Shown here one piece after another: positions 29,633-39,832 of a DNA stretch of 64,000 bases. The notes under the pieces are model-generated. The model made no database searches, was not told where the DNA came from, and saw nothing but the letters and a program-made list of their open reading frames with translations. Source of the DNA: an uncultured virus (IMG/VR IMGVR_UViG_3300037297_000216) (taxonomy: Duplodnaviria > Heunggongvirae > Uroviricota > Caudoviricetes > Crassvirales). Numbering within the stretch: position 1 is the first letter of the stretch; each line of letters opens with the position of its first letter. The stretch is from the IMG/VR virus record IMGVR_UViG_3300037297_000216. One strand, given 5' to 3'. A program made the position numbers and the translations under genes.

Positions 29633-30720
29633 TTATCTCAAATAAGAGATGATTCTTTCCAATGGCCTACTCTGTCTCAGTAGGGCGGACTCCAACAAAC
29701 CTGGGAGCTAAAGGGGTTTAGGACAGGTAGCAAAAAGACAATTAGAATCTTACTTTTTGATCATGGTTGAGGGAATGGTCCAACAGTACATGTAAAAGTC
29801 TTATTATGAGACATCGAAAAGAAAGAGTGAAGATATAGTGACTTCTCCACTTATCTTCTTTTATTATTGGTCATATTGCATTATAAAAGTAGGGGATTTG
29901 TCCCCTACTTTAACACTAATACTTCAGTAAGTTTTTGTGAAGACGATTCTAATTCACATTGACTATTACGGAATCCCTGTCAACATTAGTGGAATATATT
30001 TTTTATTTACTAAAGTGTTAAAACCTTATAGTAGTACTGTAACTACTATATAGAGCATTACCGGTTGTATAGTATAATATTACCGTAGTGAGTAAAGCCA
30101 TCACTTTGCTTAACAGAACTCTTTACTATCCTATCATGGGGATAGATATAGTAAAGTAAGTAAACAGGTAGGGTTAAAACAGACATTAGCCCTGACAATA
30201 ATAGTATACAACACTGCGAATGTCAAGCAAAATTTCTATAAGTTCTGTATATCCTAAATTTTCATATTAACAAAATTTAAGATATGGTTACTTGGAAATA
30301 TTTCATCGTTGGGCAATTATGCCTTATTCGTAACATTTCTTACGAACATAATAAATTTCATATTATTCCATTTGCAATAATATTATTCCTTTATATTTAT
30401 CTTAAGTATTTACGAATAATTTTTATTGTAATTATTCTTCCAATGTAGTATCGATCGTGGATACACAAATGAAGATAATTAATAAAAACTTAAAAAAGAA
30501 ATTTGGTATTAGAGTTTCATTAGAAAGGAATTTCGAATAAGTTATAAAGGAATTAAAGGTTACATGCTCTCGTATTGCAAGGACTTATCCTTTATGATTT
30601 TAAGATCATATATAACTTATGAACAATAAAGGTTATTACTAGGAAAATTTCAAAGCCAAAGAGATTAGAAAGGTAATAGTTCATAATTTAATTCCTTTAT
30701 ACTTTATTTTCATTAAAAAA
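29633..30720 (+). ncRNA. ORF-free structured non-coding island (candidate ncRNA or ncRNAs)
   Basis: About 1.1 kb without ORFs >=60 aa; many long stems, e.g. 30543-30557/30687-30701 perfect 15 bp; double pseudoknot at 29651-29749. Confidence 0.55.
29886..29911 (+). terminator. Terminator-like hairpin
   Basis: aaagtagggga tttg tcccctacttt. Confidence 0.6.
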
Positions 30721-30758
30721 ATTACAAATAAATATTAACAAATTAAAATTTAATTGTC

Positions 30759-32360
30759 ATGACAAAAGTTAAAACAGCAGCACTTTTAACAATCCCTGTA
30801 GTATTAGGCAAAAATGCCTATTTTGTTACCAAGAAAACTGAAGAAAATCTAATTGATATTGAAGTAGTTCCTATACTAGGGGCACAATTTAAAGATGAAG
30901 ACCCTTCTTCTCCAATTCTTGAAATTTCAAGTTTAAATAAAAAACGGTATGATTACCTGGCTGAAAACAGGGGCGGGATAAAAGAATTAGGTCAAATCAT
31001 AATTGATGAAAAAGAAGCAATTGAAACAGCAACTCATTATGCTGAAAAAGATTTGAAAAAAGCAGAAAAAGAATTTGAAAAAGCAAAAGAGAGAGTGAAA
31101 CTTTGTAAAGATGTGGTAAAGATTTTTGATGGTAGAGAAACCCTAGAGCCTCCTAAGGGTGTAGGAAATACAATTATTGTTGATACTTCAGATAGTGAAG
31201 AAGCTGAAGTTGATATTTAGGAGGTTTACTGTCTCGTTGTTAATTTCCTTAATATTTCTCTCACTAGGAAATCCTAAAGAGATTACAACTCAGAAAGTGT
31301 CTGAAAAATCTTATTTACATGAAGATTCAATCAGACCAGTGACTATTATCACTACTCAAAGATTAGAAAGCAGTAACATTTTCAATTCAAGTGATAGTGT
31401 ATTAATGTCACATATAGACAGTACGTTACAAATATTAACAAATGAAATTCAATCTTTAAACAAGATTACTAAGGAAAGAATACAAAAAGAGGCTATAAAA
31501 GATTCCAACAAGGATATTAAGAGAAAAGTTATTATTTATACACTTTTAATATCTTTAATTAGCGCTGTAATTATTCCTAATATTTTTTTTCCAAAATCTG
31601 GAAAAGAAATAAAAATATATTGTTTTTTGATTGGATGGATTTCGGTGATCTTAATGACTTATTTTGTAATAATAAGTTATGTATAAATTTTAAATATTCC
31701 CCCGGTGGTTATGAAGCTGGGGGATTTCAACTTCAAAAATTTAACAAAATGTTTAATCTCTTTTTCAACAAAAATAAAAAACGAAATTTATTATCTTACA
31801 GGATAAAAAGAGCTATACTACTGGAACATTTATCTCCAAAAAATCGAGATACAATCTTTCTTAACAGATCAAAGTATCATTTTACCCCTGAAGTGATAAA
31901 AGTTCACTTTGAAAGAAGAAACAAAATTGATAAACAAAAGCTTCATGCTCATAATAATGGTTGCGGTTGTCTTATCTGCAAATTAACTAATAAGGAAAGA
32001 TCTTATAAACAAGAACTAAAACGACTAAATAATATTGTTAAAAATATTCAATATTATACTAAGCTTAAAGAAAAAGTTGACAATAATGCAACAGTACGAG
32101 AAACTTATAAAAGTGCCGGTGTAGATGATCTGTTATCGTTTTTCCCAATATATATTACTAATAATCTTCCTATTGTATTACCTTTTCATAGTCAAAAAGG
32201 AGAAAAAGCTATTAAAACTCTCTACTTACGTAAAAACAACTGTACTATACAAGGTCCTCAATATAATATTTTAATTAGAAATATAAAAAGTATTGAGGAA
32301 AAAATTATCAAAACTCAAAAAGCTTTAAAAAGATTAAAAGAATTAACTCATTTATATTAA
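30759..32360 (+). CDS. Hypothetical proteins (30759..31220; 31177..31686 membrane; 31749..32360)
   Basis: ORF track; start of last ORF moved past hairpin at about 31697-31727. Confidence 0.5.
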
Positions 32361-32495
32361 CATGATAAGTAAAAACGTCTTAAAAAGAAGGTATCGTAAA
32401 AAAATACAAAAAATTATGGATAAGTATAGCATATCACGAGAAGAAGCTATAAAATTCCATGAGGATAATAAAAAAGTAAACAAAATTGTAAATCA

Positions 32496-33143
32496 ATGAA
32501 ATTAATAAAAGCTTCTTATAACATATTATCAAGAATAAATTCTGATATTATATTAAAATCAATTGAACGAATTGGTAGAACTTGCTATAAATCAGAAAAC
32601 AAAACTACTACAAATTCAGCACAAAAGTTTGTTGAAATGTTAATAAATAGAGGACATGAATCTGTACTTGAACATGAAAAACTTACTATTAAATTTATTT
32701 GCGATAGAGGAGTGTCTCATGAATTAGTACGTCATCGTATTGCATCATTTAGTCAAGAAAGTACTAGATACTGTAATTATAGTAAAGATAAGTTTGATAA
32801 TGAGATAGCTTATATTTTACCATGCTGGTTTACTACTACAAATTTAGAAACTATGAATACTCAAGAGAGTATTTGGTATGGGACTATGAAAGATATAGAA
32901 AATAATTATAATACTCTAATTAGACAAGGTTGGCAACCCCAACAAGCTAGATCTGTACTCCCAAATTCATTAAAAACAGAAATAGATGTGACAGCTAATT
33001 TAAGAGAATGGAGATTAATATTCAAACAACGTACTTCCAAAGCAGCTCATCCTCAAATGAGGGAACTTATGTGTCCTTTACTTGATGAATTAAAACAAAA
33101 AATTCCTATAATATTTGATGATATTGATTATGAAAAATTTTAA
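32496..33143 (+). CDS. thyX: FAD-dependent thymidylate synthase
   Basis: GHESVLEH, RHRIASFSQESTRY signature, ARSVLP, NLREW, AAHPQMR. Confidence 0.95.
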   Translation: MKLIKASYNILSRINSDIILKSIERIGRTCYKSENKTTTNSAQKFVEMLINRGHESVLEHEKLTIKFICDRGVSHELVRHRIASFSQESTRYCNYSKDKFDNEIAYILPCWFTTTNLETMNTQESIWYGTMKDIENNYNTLIRQGWQPQQARSVLPNSLKTEIDVTANLREWRLIFKQRTSKAAHPQMRELMCPLLDELKQKIPIIFDDIDYEKF

Positions 33144-34365
33144 AGAAAAGTTATCAAAAGCAAAAAAGTTAATCCTTGAAAGTAATAATTCAATAACACT
33201 TAGAGAATTAAAGGAAAAATTCAGTTTAACTCAATATGAAACTCAACAGATTGCCTTTGTGTTAAATCATATTGATGATATTATATCTACAAAAGAAGAT
33301 GCTTCAGCATCTGCTTTGATAAAGGTTTCAAAGCTTACCGAAGAGCTAAGCGTTGAAAAGAAAAAAGTAAAAAAACTGCAAAAAGAAGGTATAAGTTTGC
33401 AAAAAACTATAGATCATCTTTCTGAATCTAAGCTTTTTTCTTTAGATGACCTGCAAACAATCTCTCCGATTAACTTGGAAATAGATTCTAATGAAAAAGG
33501 AGGTATTGCTATTGCTGTTTATACTGATCAACACCTTGAAAAGATCATAGAGCCTTATGAAGTAAACAATTGGAATAAACATAATCCGGACGTAGCTGTA
33601 AGTAGATTTTCCCAATTTACTCAAGGAGTACTTGAAGAAATAAAGAAGACAAATATCTTATACCAGAGAAAGAACAAAAAAATAAAGACCTTGTTTTTAG
33701 CATTTCTTGGAGATGGTATTCAAGGATATCTAAGAGATGAGGATTTAAAAACAAATCAATTGTCTCCAACTCAAGCATCCCGATTGTATAAAAGTCTCTT
33801 GGTAGATTGTATTCGAAAAATATCAGAAGATTCTGGTCTAGAGGATATTAGAGTAGTATTTATCTGGGGTAATCATTCAAGAACAACTCCAAAACTAGAA
33901 TTTTCTACTGGGTGGGCAAATAATCATGAATACTTAGCTTACCAAGATGTTGAAAATGTATTTAAGAACTTACTAAGCGGATATAATAATATAAAATTTT
34001 ACGCTCCAAAATCTGGCATACAAGAAGTAGAATTATATCCAGGATTCCCGATTACATTCAGTCATGGATTCAACTTTCGATATATGGGAGGAATAGGTGG
34101 AGTAGAAATTCCTATGTTAAGATGGCATTTTACAAATCAAGAAAGTTTGCCGGCAAAAAGAAGATATATTGGTCATTGGCATCAGTACAAAACTGGTACA
34201 GTATCAATATGTGGATGTGGTATAGGTTTTGATGCTTATGCAATGTCAAAGAACTTTGCTCCAGAATTACCTTCAGGGTTTTTCGAAATGATTGAAATTG
34301 GTAAAGGATTTAGCTTCAATAAGAAAATTATTGTAGATGATTTTTATAAAAATAAAGTCAAATAA
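33130..34365 (+). CDS. Calcineurin-like metallophosphoesterase with N-terminal coiled coil
   Basis: TDQH, LGD, GNH, SHG, GHWH motifs. Confidence 0.8.
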   Translation: MKNFKEKLSKAKKLILESNNSITLRELKEKFSLTQYETQQIAFVLNHIDDIISTKEDASASALIKVSKLTEELSVEKKKVKKLQKEGISLQKTIDHLSESKLFSLDDLQTISPINLEIDSNEKGGIAIAVYTDQHLEKIIEPYEVNNWNKHNPDVAVSRFSQFTQGVLEEIKKTNILYQRKNKKIKTLFLAFLGDGIQGYLRDEDLKTNQLSPTQASRLYKSLLVDCIRKISEDSGLEDIRVVFIWGNHSRTTPKLEFSTGWANNHEYLAYQDVENVFKNLLSGYNNIKFYAPKSGIQEVELYPGFPITFSHGFNFRYMGGIGGVEIPMLRWHFTNQESLPAKRRYIGHWHQYKTGTVSICGCGIGFDAYAMSKNFAPELPSGFFEMIEIGKGFSFNKKIIVDDFYKNKVK

Positions 34366-35371
34366 AGTCAAAGAATCTGTAAATACAATTCATTGCTTAC
34401 TAAAACATCAATTTTATAGGGATAATATTATATTATCTAAAAAAGAAGCAGAAGAATTGAGATGGAAATTAAAAAAAGCTTTAAAAGATGAAGAATATGT
34501 GTCTACTATAGAAGAAGAACAATCAAAAAAGTATTGGGAGGAGTTTGATGAAAGAAAAAAAATAATTAAAGAAAGACACAAACAAGATCAGAAAAGTCTA
34601 GAAGAATACACAAAAGAACTTATGAAAAAATATGCTTCTAAAAAAAGTGATTGTTTAGATAAGGAAGGCTTTGAAAAGTGGATGAATTTTTACAGAAATG
34701 TTCATAAAGAATATATGAAATTTTTAAATAATCTATATGCTAAATAAAAAAAACAAAAGAAGAAGGGTAGGGGATATACTAATGTTCTCTACCCGAGGAC
34801 TTCTTTCTAAAAAAAATGAAAAAGGTGAAAATGAATATGATTTTCTTGTGCCTTTTCAAAAAGCTCTTGCTAAAAAAAGAAAAAATCTTATAAAAAGACA
34901 AAAGTACTTCATGAGGAAAAAGAATATATTTATAGATATTGAACCTCAATTATTAAAACTTTCAGGATGATCATTCAAAACAAAAATAAAAAAAAGTATT
35001 TAGAAGAAAAAATAAAATATGGTAATCCACCAAATCTTGAAGATCTTCAATGTTTAAATTTGTTTATAGATGTTATTCAACCATATTTATCAGAAAAGCT
35101 TGAAAAAGAGATTTCAAAAAAAGAAGTATCTAAATGGAATATAAAAAGATGGATGACTGCTATGTCAGATTCAGAACTTAGAAATAAAACTATCAGAGAT
35201 TCTGGTTTAATATTAAAAGTAGCTAATGAATTTGATATAAATATTCCTTGGAGTTGGATAAAAATATATCTACCTAGATATAAAAAAAGCAGAAAGAAAA
35301 TATTTAAAGAAATTATTCAACTTCAAAGTTGGATAAAGGATTATTTATTAAACAAATTTAATAGTGAATAA
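34337..35371 (+). CDS. Hypothetical proteins (34337..34747; 34737..34970; 34967..35371)
   Basis: Overlapping operon ORFs. Confidence 0.5.
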
Positions 35372-35576
35372 AAATGTTTTATATAATAAGATAAAACTAG
35401 GAATAATAAAATGGATATATATTCAATATTGGAAAAATAAGTTAGCTGCTTATTTGGTTTCCTGCCAAAGGTTCCTTGTCGCTGTTGAATATTGCTTATT
35501 ATATAAATCATATATATACATATTTCCGGTAACGTATCCTATAAGGCACATAGACGAAGGAATGTTGTACATATGA

Positions 35577-36170
35577 GATACTAATTCCGAAGATCGTGAA
35601 AGCCCTCGTACATATACGTTATTAATATTTATTTTAACAACAAATATTTCAAATAATATTCAAAATTAAAAGAAAATATTAGTACAAAGGTTGAAGTTCG
35701 AGTAATGAAGTCGAGGCTAGGAGGCAATAGTACGTGTTCAATCCTTTGAAGTGGGCTAAGAGAGTCCTCTCCAAGACAACAATTAAAATGTTGATCCGTT
35801 TTCGACAAAGTTCAGTAGCTGAGAAATGCTCTAGCAATGATCTGTTAAATCATAGTACGTAGGTTTTGAGTCCTACCTGAAAGATAATGATAAATGGAGA
35901 CCTTAGGGTAAGTAGGTGAAATTCCTACCAAGGAGGGAGTTTTATATGGTATACGCAAATCCATGATCCCTAGTAGATTTAAGGAAAACTTTTGTCATGA
36001 AAAATAAAAGTCTAAAAGTCCTTTTATCGCGAGGTATACTACATATAATTAATCTATTGTACAAAAAGCAGAAAGTTTGAAGTTAATAAATAACAAACTG
36101 CAAAGGTAGCCAAAAGAGCCCGATTGAAACTCGGGAAAAAGTAATTAACAGCTTAATATTCGATATTTTT
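35577..36170 (+). ncRNA. Structured non-coding island with several T-loop-like hairpins
   Basis: No ORF; GC-richer than flanks; stems caaaggttgaa/ttcaatcctttg, gtagg-tgaaatt-cctac, cccga-ttgaaac-tcggg. Confidence 0.5.
35809..35884 (+). tRNA. Degenerate tRNA-Asn(GTT)-like element
   Basis: Anticodon arm atgat-ctGTTaa-atcat, TAGCT..AGC D-arm, T-arm gtagg/cctac with 8-nt loop ttttgagt, acceptor stem only 5 bp, no CCA. Confidence 0.55.
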
Positions 36171-36184
36171 TTAAAATAAACAAA

Positions 36185-36805
36185 ATGAATTCAAAAATTT
36201 ACAAACAAATTTGCAAAGTTTCTCTTTATTTGTTTCCAGAATATTCTTTTGCTAAATTAAATAAAAGAAAAAAAAAGATAATTTTAAAAGAAAAAGGAAT
36301 ATTTGGAAAAAGAAGATCGTTTAAAATAGAAGATTTAGTTTTTTATTATATACCAATGCAGATTTCATTAAATAAATGGCAATCAGAAGATTGGTATAAT
36401 CTCTTTATAAAGGAATGGGTAGAAGGAGAATTATACAAAACAGATAATTATATACCAGAATTAATAGAATTTTTAAAGAATGAGGCTAGAAAAATAGAAG
36501 TTCTAAATACAAGTTCCTTAATTTGCAGGTATAGAAAATTTGTTGACGGTGTCGGAGTAGTTGAAGAGGGTAAGAATAAAAAATCTTCATTATTAGAAAC
36601 AATAACAGAAGATATTTTAAATACTAATAAAATATTTTGGGGAGAAGGGTTGTTAAAATTTGCAACTGTTAAAACAGCTACGTGGGCATTAGTGTTGTAT
36701 TTAAATATAAAACCATTGATAGTAAAGGTAGATTTTTCAAAATTATTGTCAATTCATCCCCTTATTACAGAGATGAAATCTTCACTTTTTTACAACAATT
36801 TTTGA
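36185..36805 (+). CDS. Hypothetical protein
   Basis: 206 aa ORF. Confidence 0.55.
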   Translation: MNSKIYKQICKVSLYLFPEYSFAKLNKRKKKIILKEKGIFGKRRSFKIEDLVFYYIPMQISLNKWQSEDWYNLFIKEWVEGELYKTDNYIPELIEFLKNEARKIEVLNTSSLICRYRKFVDGVGVVEEGKNKKSSLLETITEDILNTNKIFWGEGLLKFATVKTATWALVLYLNIKPLIVKVDFSKLLSIHPLITEMKSSLFYNNF

Positions 36806-36958
36806 AACATTATTAACGTATTATCGTAATAATATTATATTCCCTTTGATAGCAAACTTATAAAATTTGTTTTTGTAGTAGTTACTATTCTAAGGGAATT
36901 TTTCACTCTATAGCTTTGTGTCCTGAGTGAGGCACTAGTGTTAACGAAATTTAATAGA

Positions 36959-37618
36959 ATGAAAAAAGAGATAATTGCTTGTCTAGCAATTCTTTTATTA
37001 CAAACTAACCCAATTTTAATTTCAAAAAAAATAAACAACGAAACAAAACAACTAACTTTCAAAGAAGCATTTAAAAATCAATTAGAATTACTTATCAAAG
37101 AAGAAAATGAGAGTTGGTATTTAAGAGATAGAAAATTAGATAAGTATTTTGGTGAAAAAGAGAGACAAAGAGTAAGAGAAATATCAAAAAAATTAGGAAT
37201 TGAACCTCAATGGCTTTACGAAGTAATTTGGTATGAATCACGAGGTAATCCTCAAGCTGTTAATTATCAAAAAGGTGATAATTTAAATCCAGAAATACGA
37301 TGTAAAAAACGTGCAACAGGATTAATTCAATTTTTACCAAAAACATCTAAAAGATTAGGTACTTCAAATATAAAAATATATAATATGACTGTATTAGAAC
37401 AGTTGGATTATGTAGAAAAATATTTGAAAAAATGTGATGATAAATATAACTTAGAATCATATATTGATACTTATTTGGCTGTTTTTCACCCTATCGCATT
37501 AGGTAATAAACATATAGTTGTATCTGGTAAAGGTGCAGAACAAAATCCTAATGTTGACATTAATAAAGATGGTATCATAACTATCAAAGAATTTACAGAA
37601 TATGCAAACAAATCATAA
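36959..37618 (+). CDS. Lytic transglycosylase (SLT-like) with signal peptide and C-terminal EF-hand-like loop
   Basis: IWYESRGNPQAVN catalytic Glu, ATGLIQF, EQLDYVEKY, QNPNVDINKDGIIT. Confidence 0.85.
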   Translation: MKKEIIACLAILLLQTNPILISKKINNETKQLTFKEAFKNQLELLIKEENESWYLRDRKLDKYFGEKERQRVREISKKLGIEPQWLYEVIWYESRGNPQAVNYQKGDNLNPEIRCKKRATGLIQFLPKTSKRLGTSNIKIYNMTVLEQLDYVEKYLKKCDDKYNLESYIDTYLAVFHPIALGNKHIVVSGKGAEQNPNVDINKDGIITIKEFTEYANKS

Positions 37619-37629
37619 ATCAAAATAAA

Positions 37630-38079
37630 ATGTTACTTTTAAATAAAATTTTTAAAAAGAAAAATAAAATTTTGCTTAAAGAAGCTTTGAAAATAAAAGA
37701 AGATCTTTTTCATCAAATAGGAAAACTTGAAAAAAGTTTAGCTTATTATAATAAAACACAAAAAGAAAAAGAAAGAGAAGAAGCCTTTTCTCAATTAGAA
37801 CAAATAGCAAAAAAATATTCAAAAATATGTAAAATAATATTAAAAGCTAACTTAAAAAGTGGGCAAAATGAATATATAAAACTTCGTGAACTGTTAAATA
37901 GGAGAAAATATATATTATTAGAAATGCCAAGTGGATGTTGGATTCCTAATCCATATTATTCTCCTTTATCAAAAAAACTAATACCTGTACAAAATGTTAT
38001 ACTTAAAACAAAAGAACAGTTAAAAGAAGTTTCAAAGAAACAAGAGGAAATTAACAATAAATATTATGTAAAAATATGA
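37630..38079 (+). CDS. Hypothetical coiled-coil protein
   Basis: 149 aa ORF, ATGA overlap with RNR. Confidence 0.55.
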   Translation: MLLLNKIFKKKNKILLKEALKIKEDLFHQIGKLEKSLAYYNKTQKEKEREEAFSQLEQIAKKYSKICKIILKANLKSGQNEYIKLRELLNRRKYILLEMPSGCWIPNPYYSPLSKKLIPVQNVILKTKEQLKEVSKKQEEINNKYYVKI

Positions 38080-39030
38080 TAGAAAATAAGTTAGGTGAAG
38101 GGGTAGAAAAAACTACCCCTACTTTCTTCACAAGGGAAGAAGTTTATGAACAAACTTTAAAATATTTTGATGATGATAAACTGTTAACTGATATTTGGGG
38201 GGATAAGTATTGTCTTAAAGACTTACAAGGTAATTATTTAGAATTAACTCCAGATGATATGCATAGAAGACTAACCAAAGAATTTGTTAGAATTGAACAG
38301 AAATATAAAAACTCATTAAATGAACAAGAAATTTATGATTTGTTGGTCAATTTCGGTTATATTATTCCTGGAGGTAGTATTTTATATGGAGCGGGAAATA
38401 ACTACTCCTTTAGTTCGCTTGGCAACTGCTTTGTCATCGGGAACAATAGTGACTCTTATGGCGGAATATGTCAAACTGACCAAGAACAAACCCAACTAAT
38501 GAAGCGTCGGGCAGGTGTGGGTCACGATATATCCCATTTAAGGCCATTTTTAGCCCCTGTAACAAACGCAGCAGGCACTTCTAGTGGTATAGTACCATTT
38601 ATGGAAAGATACTCTAATACGACACGTGAAGTAGCTCAGGATAACCGTAGGGGAGCACTAATGTTAACACTTGATATTAATCATCCACAAATATATGATT
38701 TCATAGAAGCAAAAACTGATTTAACAAAGATAACAGGTGCTAATATATCAGTTAAGATTACTGATGAATTTATGAAAGCTGTTGAAAATGATGAAGATTA
38801 TATTTTATATTTTGACAGAAATGGAAATTTTAAAGAAAGAGATATAAATCATAAACTTGAACTATATAAAGATACTTACTTTAAAATTAAAGCTAAACCT
38901 TTATGGAATAAATTAATTCATCAAGCTTGGAAAACAGCGGAACCAGGTGTATTATTTCGGGATAAAATTAAATCTGAATCCATACCTAGTTGTTATGGAG
39001 AAGAATGGGAAGAAACGAGTACTAATCCGT
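38076..39030 (+). CDS. nrdJ: Class II (AdoCbl-dependent) ribonucleotide reductase, exon 1
   Basis: PGGS, SLGNCFV, RRAGVG, RRGALM, ITGANISV, AEPG, ends STNP+T. Confidence 0.9.
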
Positions 39031-39042
39031 AAACTAAACATT

Positions 39043-39210
39043 ATGATAACATATGAAGAACTTTCTTTTAAAGAAAAAACAGAATTTAGAAAAAAATTAA
39101 TGTCAGAAGAAGGATTAAAACAATTTGCAAGAAATATAAAAGAATATAAAGAAGGTTGGAGATGTGTGAAATGTACATGGCCATCTCATATGTGTACTTG
39201 TAATGAATAA
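39043..39210 (+). CDS. Intron-borne small ORF 1 (55 aa, CxxC..HxCxC)
   Basis: In P1 loop; A-rich leader. Confidence 0.6.
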   Translation: MITYEELSFKEKTEFRKKLMSEEGLKQFARNIKEYKEGWRCVKCTWPSHMCTCNE

Positions 39211-39267
39211 AATCCATGCGGATGAAAAATCTCTTCTAATTGTGTTTTAAACTATAAATAATCAAAA

Positions 39268-39381
39268 ATGTCAAACGAAAAATTTACCTTATTAATTGCA
39301 GCAATATCTTTTATAGGAGGTTTATTCTTTGGATATCATTTTCCTAAGAATGAATCAGAAAACGATAACTTGGAAGGCTAA
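39268..39381 (+). CDS. Intron-borne small ORF 2 (37 aa, single TM-like)
   Basis: MSNEKFTLLIAAISFIGGLFFGYHFPKNESENDNLEG. Confidence 0.55.
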   Translation: MSNEKFTLLIAAISFIGGLFFGYHFPKNESENDNLEG

Positions 39382-39423
39382 TTACAAGCCGACAGGGCGC
39401 AAGCAAACTTAAAATTTAAAAAT

Positions 39424-39600
39424 ATGATAATAAAAAATATTGAAGATTTATTAGAGCACTTATTAATATGGGAAGAACAAGGTTTCTTGATTAAAGAAGC
39501 TAAAGAAGTTGTGCAGCGTGAGAGGGTAAACGAAGAGACTACTATAGAGGATAAAGATCAATATAATTATTATCCAGAAGATAATTATGATCTTTGGTAG
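39424..39600 (+). CDS. Intron-borne small ORF 3 (58 aa, acidic), overlaps ribozyme core
   Basis: MIIKNIEDLLEHLLIWEEQGFLIKEAKEVVQRERVNEETTIEDKDQYNYYPEDNYDLW. Confidence 0.5.
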   Translation: MIIKNIEDLLEHLLIWEEQGFLIKEAKEVVQRERVNEETTIEDKDQYNYYPEDNYDLW

Positions 39601-39641
39601 TAGATGCGGTGCTCCAAATTAATAAATGAAATGTAATTGAA

Positions 39642-39818
39642 ATGATAAAAGTAAAACAAAAATTCGGAGATAATTCTCTTAGTGAAGAATATTTTATTAA
39701 AGAAGAAGAATTAGAATTAATTAGAATTGGAAATTTGTATTGGGCAAATAGATTATGGTTATACAAAAATAATAAACCTAACCATGTAGCTCATATAAAT
39801 ACATTAATTTTTGTTTAA
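39642..39818 (+). CDS. Intron-borne small ORF 4 (58 aa)
   Basis: Enclosed by the 10-bp P9 stem; stop codon abuts the 3' strand. Confidence 0.6.
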   Translation: MIKVKQKFGDNSLSEEYFIKEEELELIRIGNLYWANRLWLYKNNKPNHVAHINTLIFV

Positions 39819-39832
39819 CATTTATTAACAAG

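Larger units (their letters stand above)
39031..39832 (+). mobile_element. Group I intron (802 nt) interrupting the RNR active-site Cys codon
   Basis: Removal rejoins CCG T|GT GGT GAA = TNPCGE; exon ends in U, intron ends in G; IGS gcggat (39218-23) pairs exon atccgt; P3 tctcttc/gaagaga; P8 ctacta/tggtag; P9 ttaataaatg/catttattaa. Confidence 0.88.

Noticed and set aside
27838..30747. Identical 18-mer aaatattaacaaattaaa before genes 27866 and 30759
   Set aside because: Almost pure A/T and resembles generic Bacteroidota translation-initiation leaders; two copies are insufficient to call a regulatory motif
35364..35576. 70-aa GTG-start ORF
   Set aside because: Atypical composition and runs into the structured non-coding island; not supported as a gene
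29633..36170. CRISPR array or DGR template in the non-coding islands
   Set aside because: No regularly spaced direct repeats, no reverse transcriptase, and no TR/VR pair with adenine-specific differences seen
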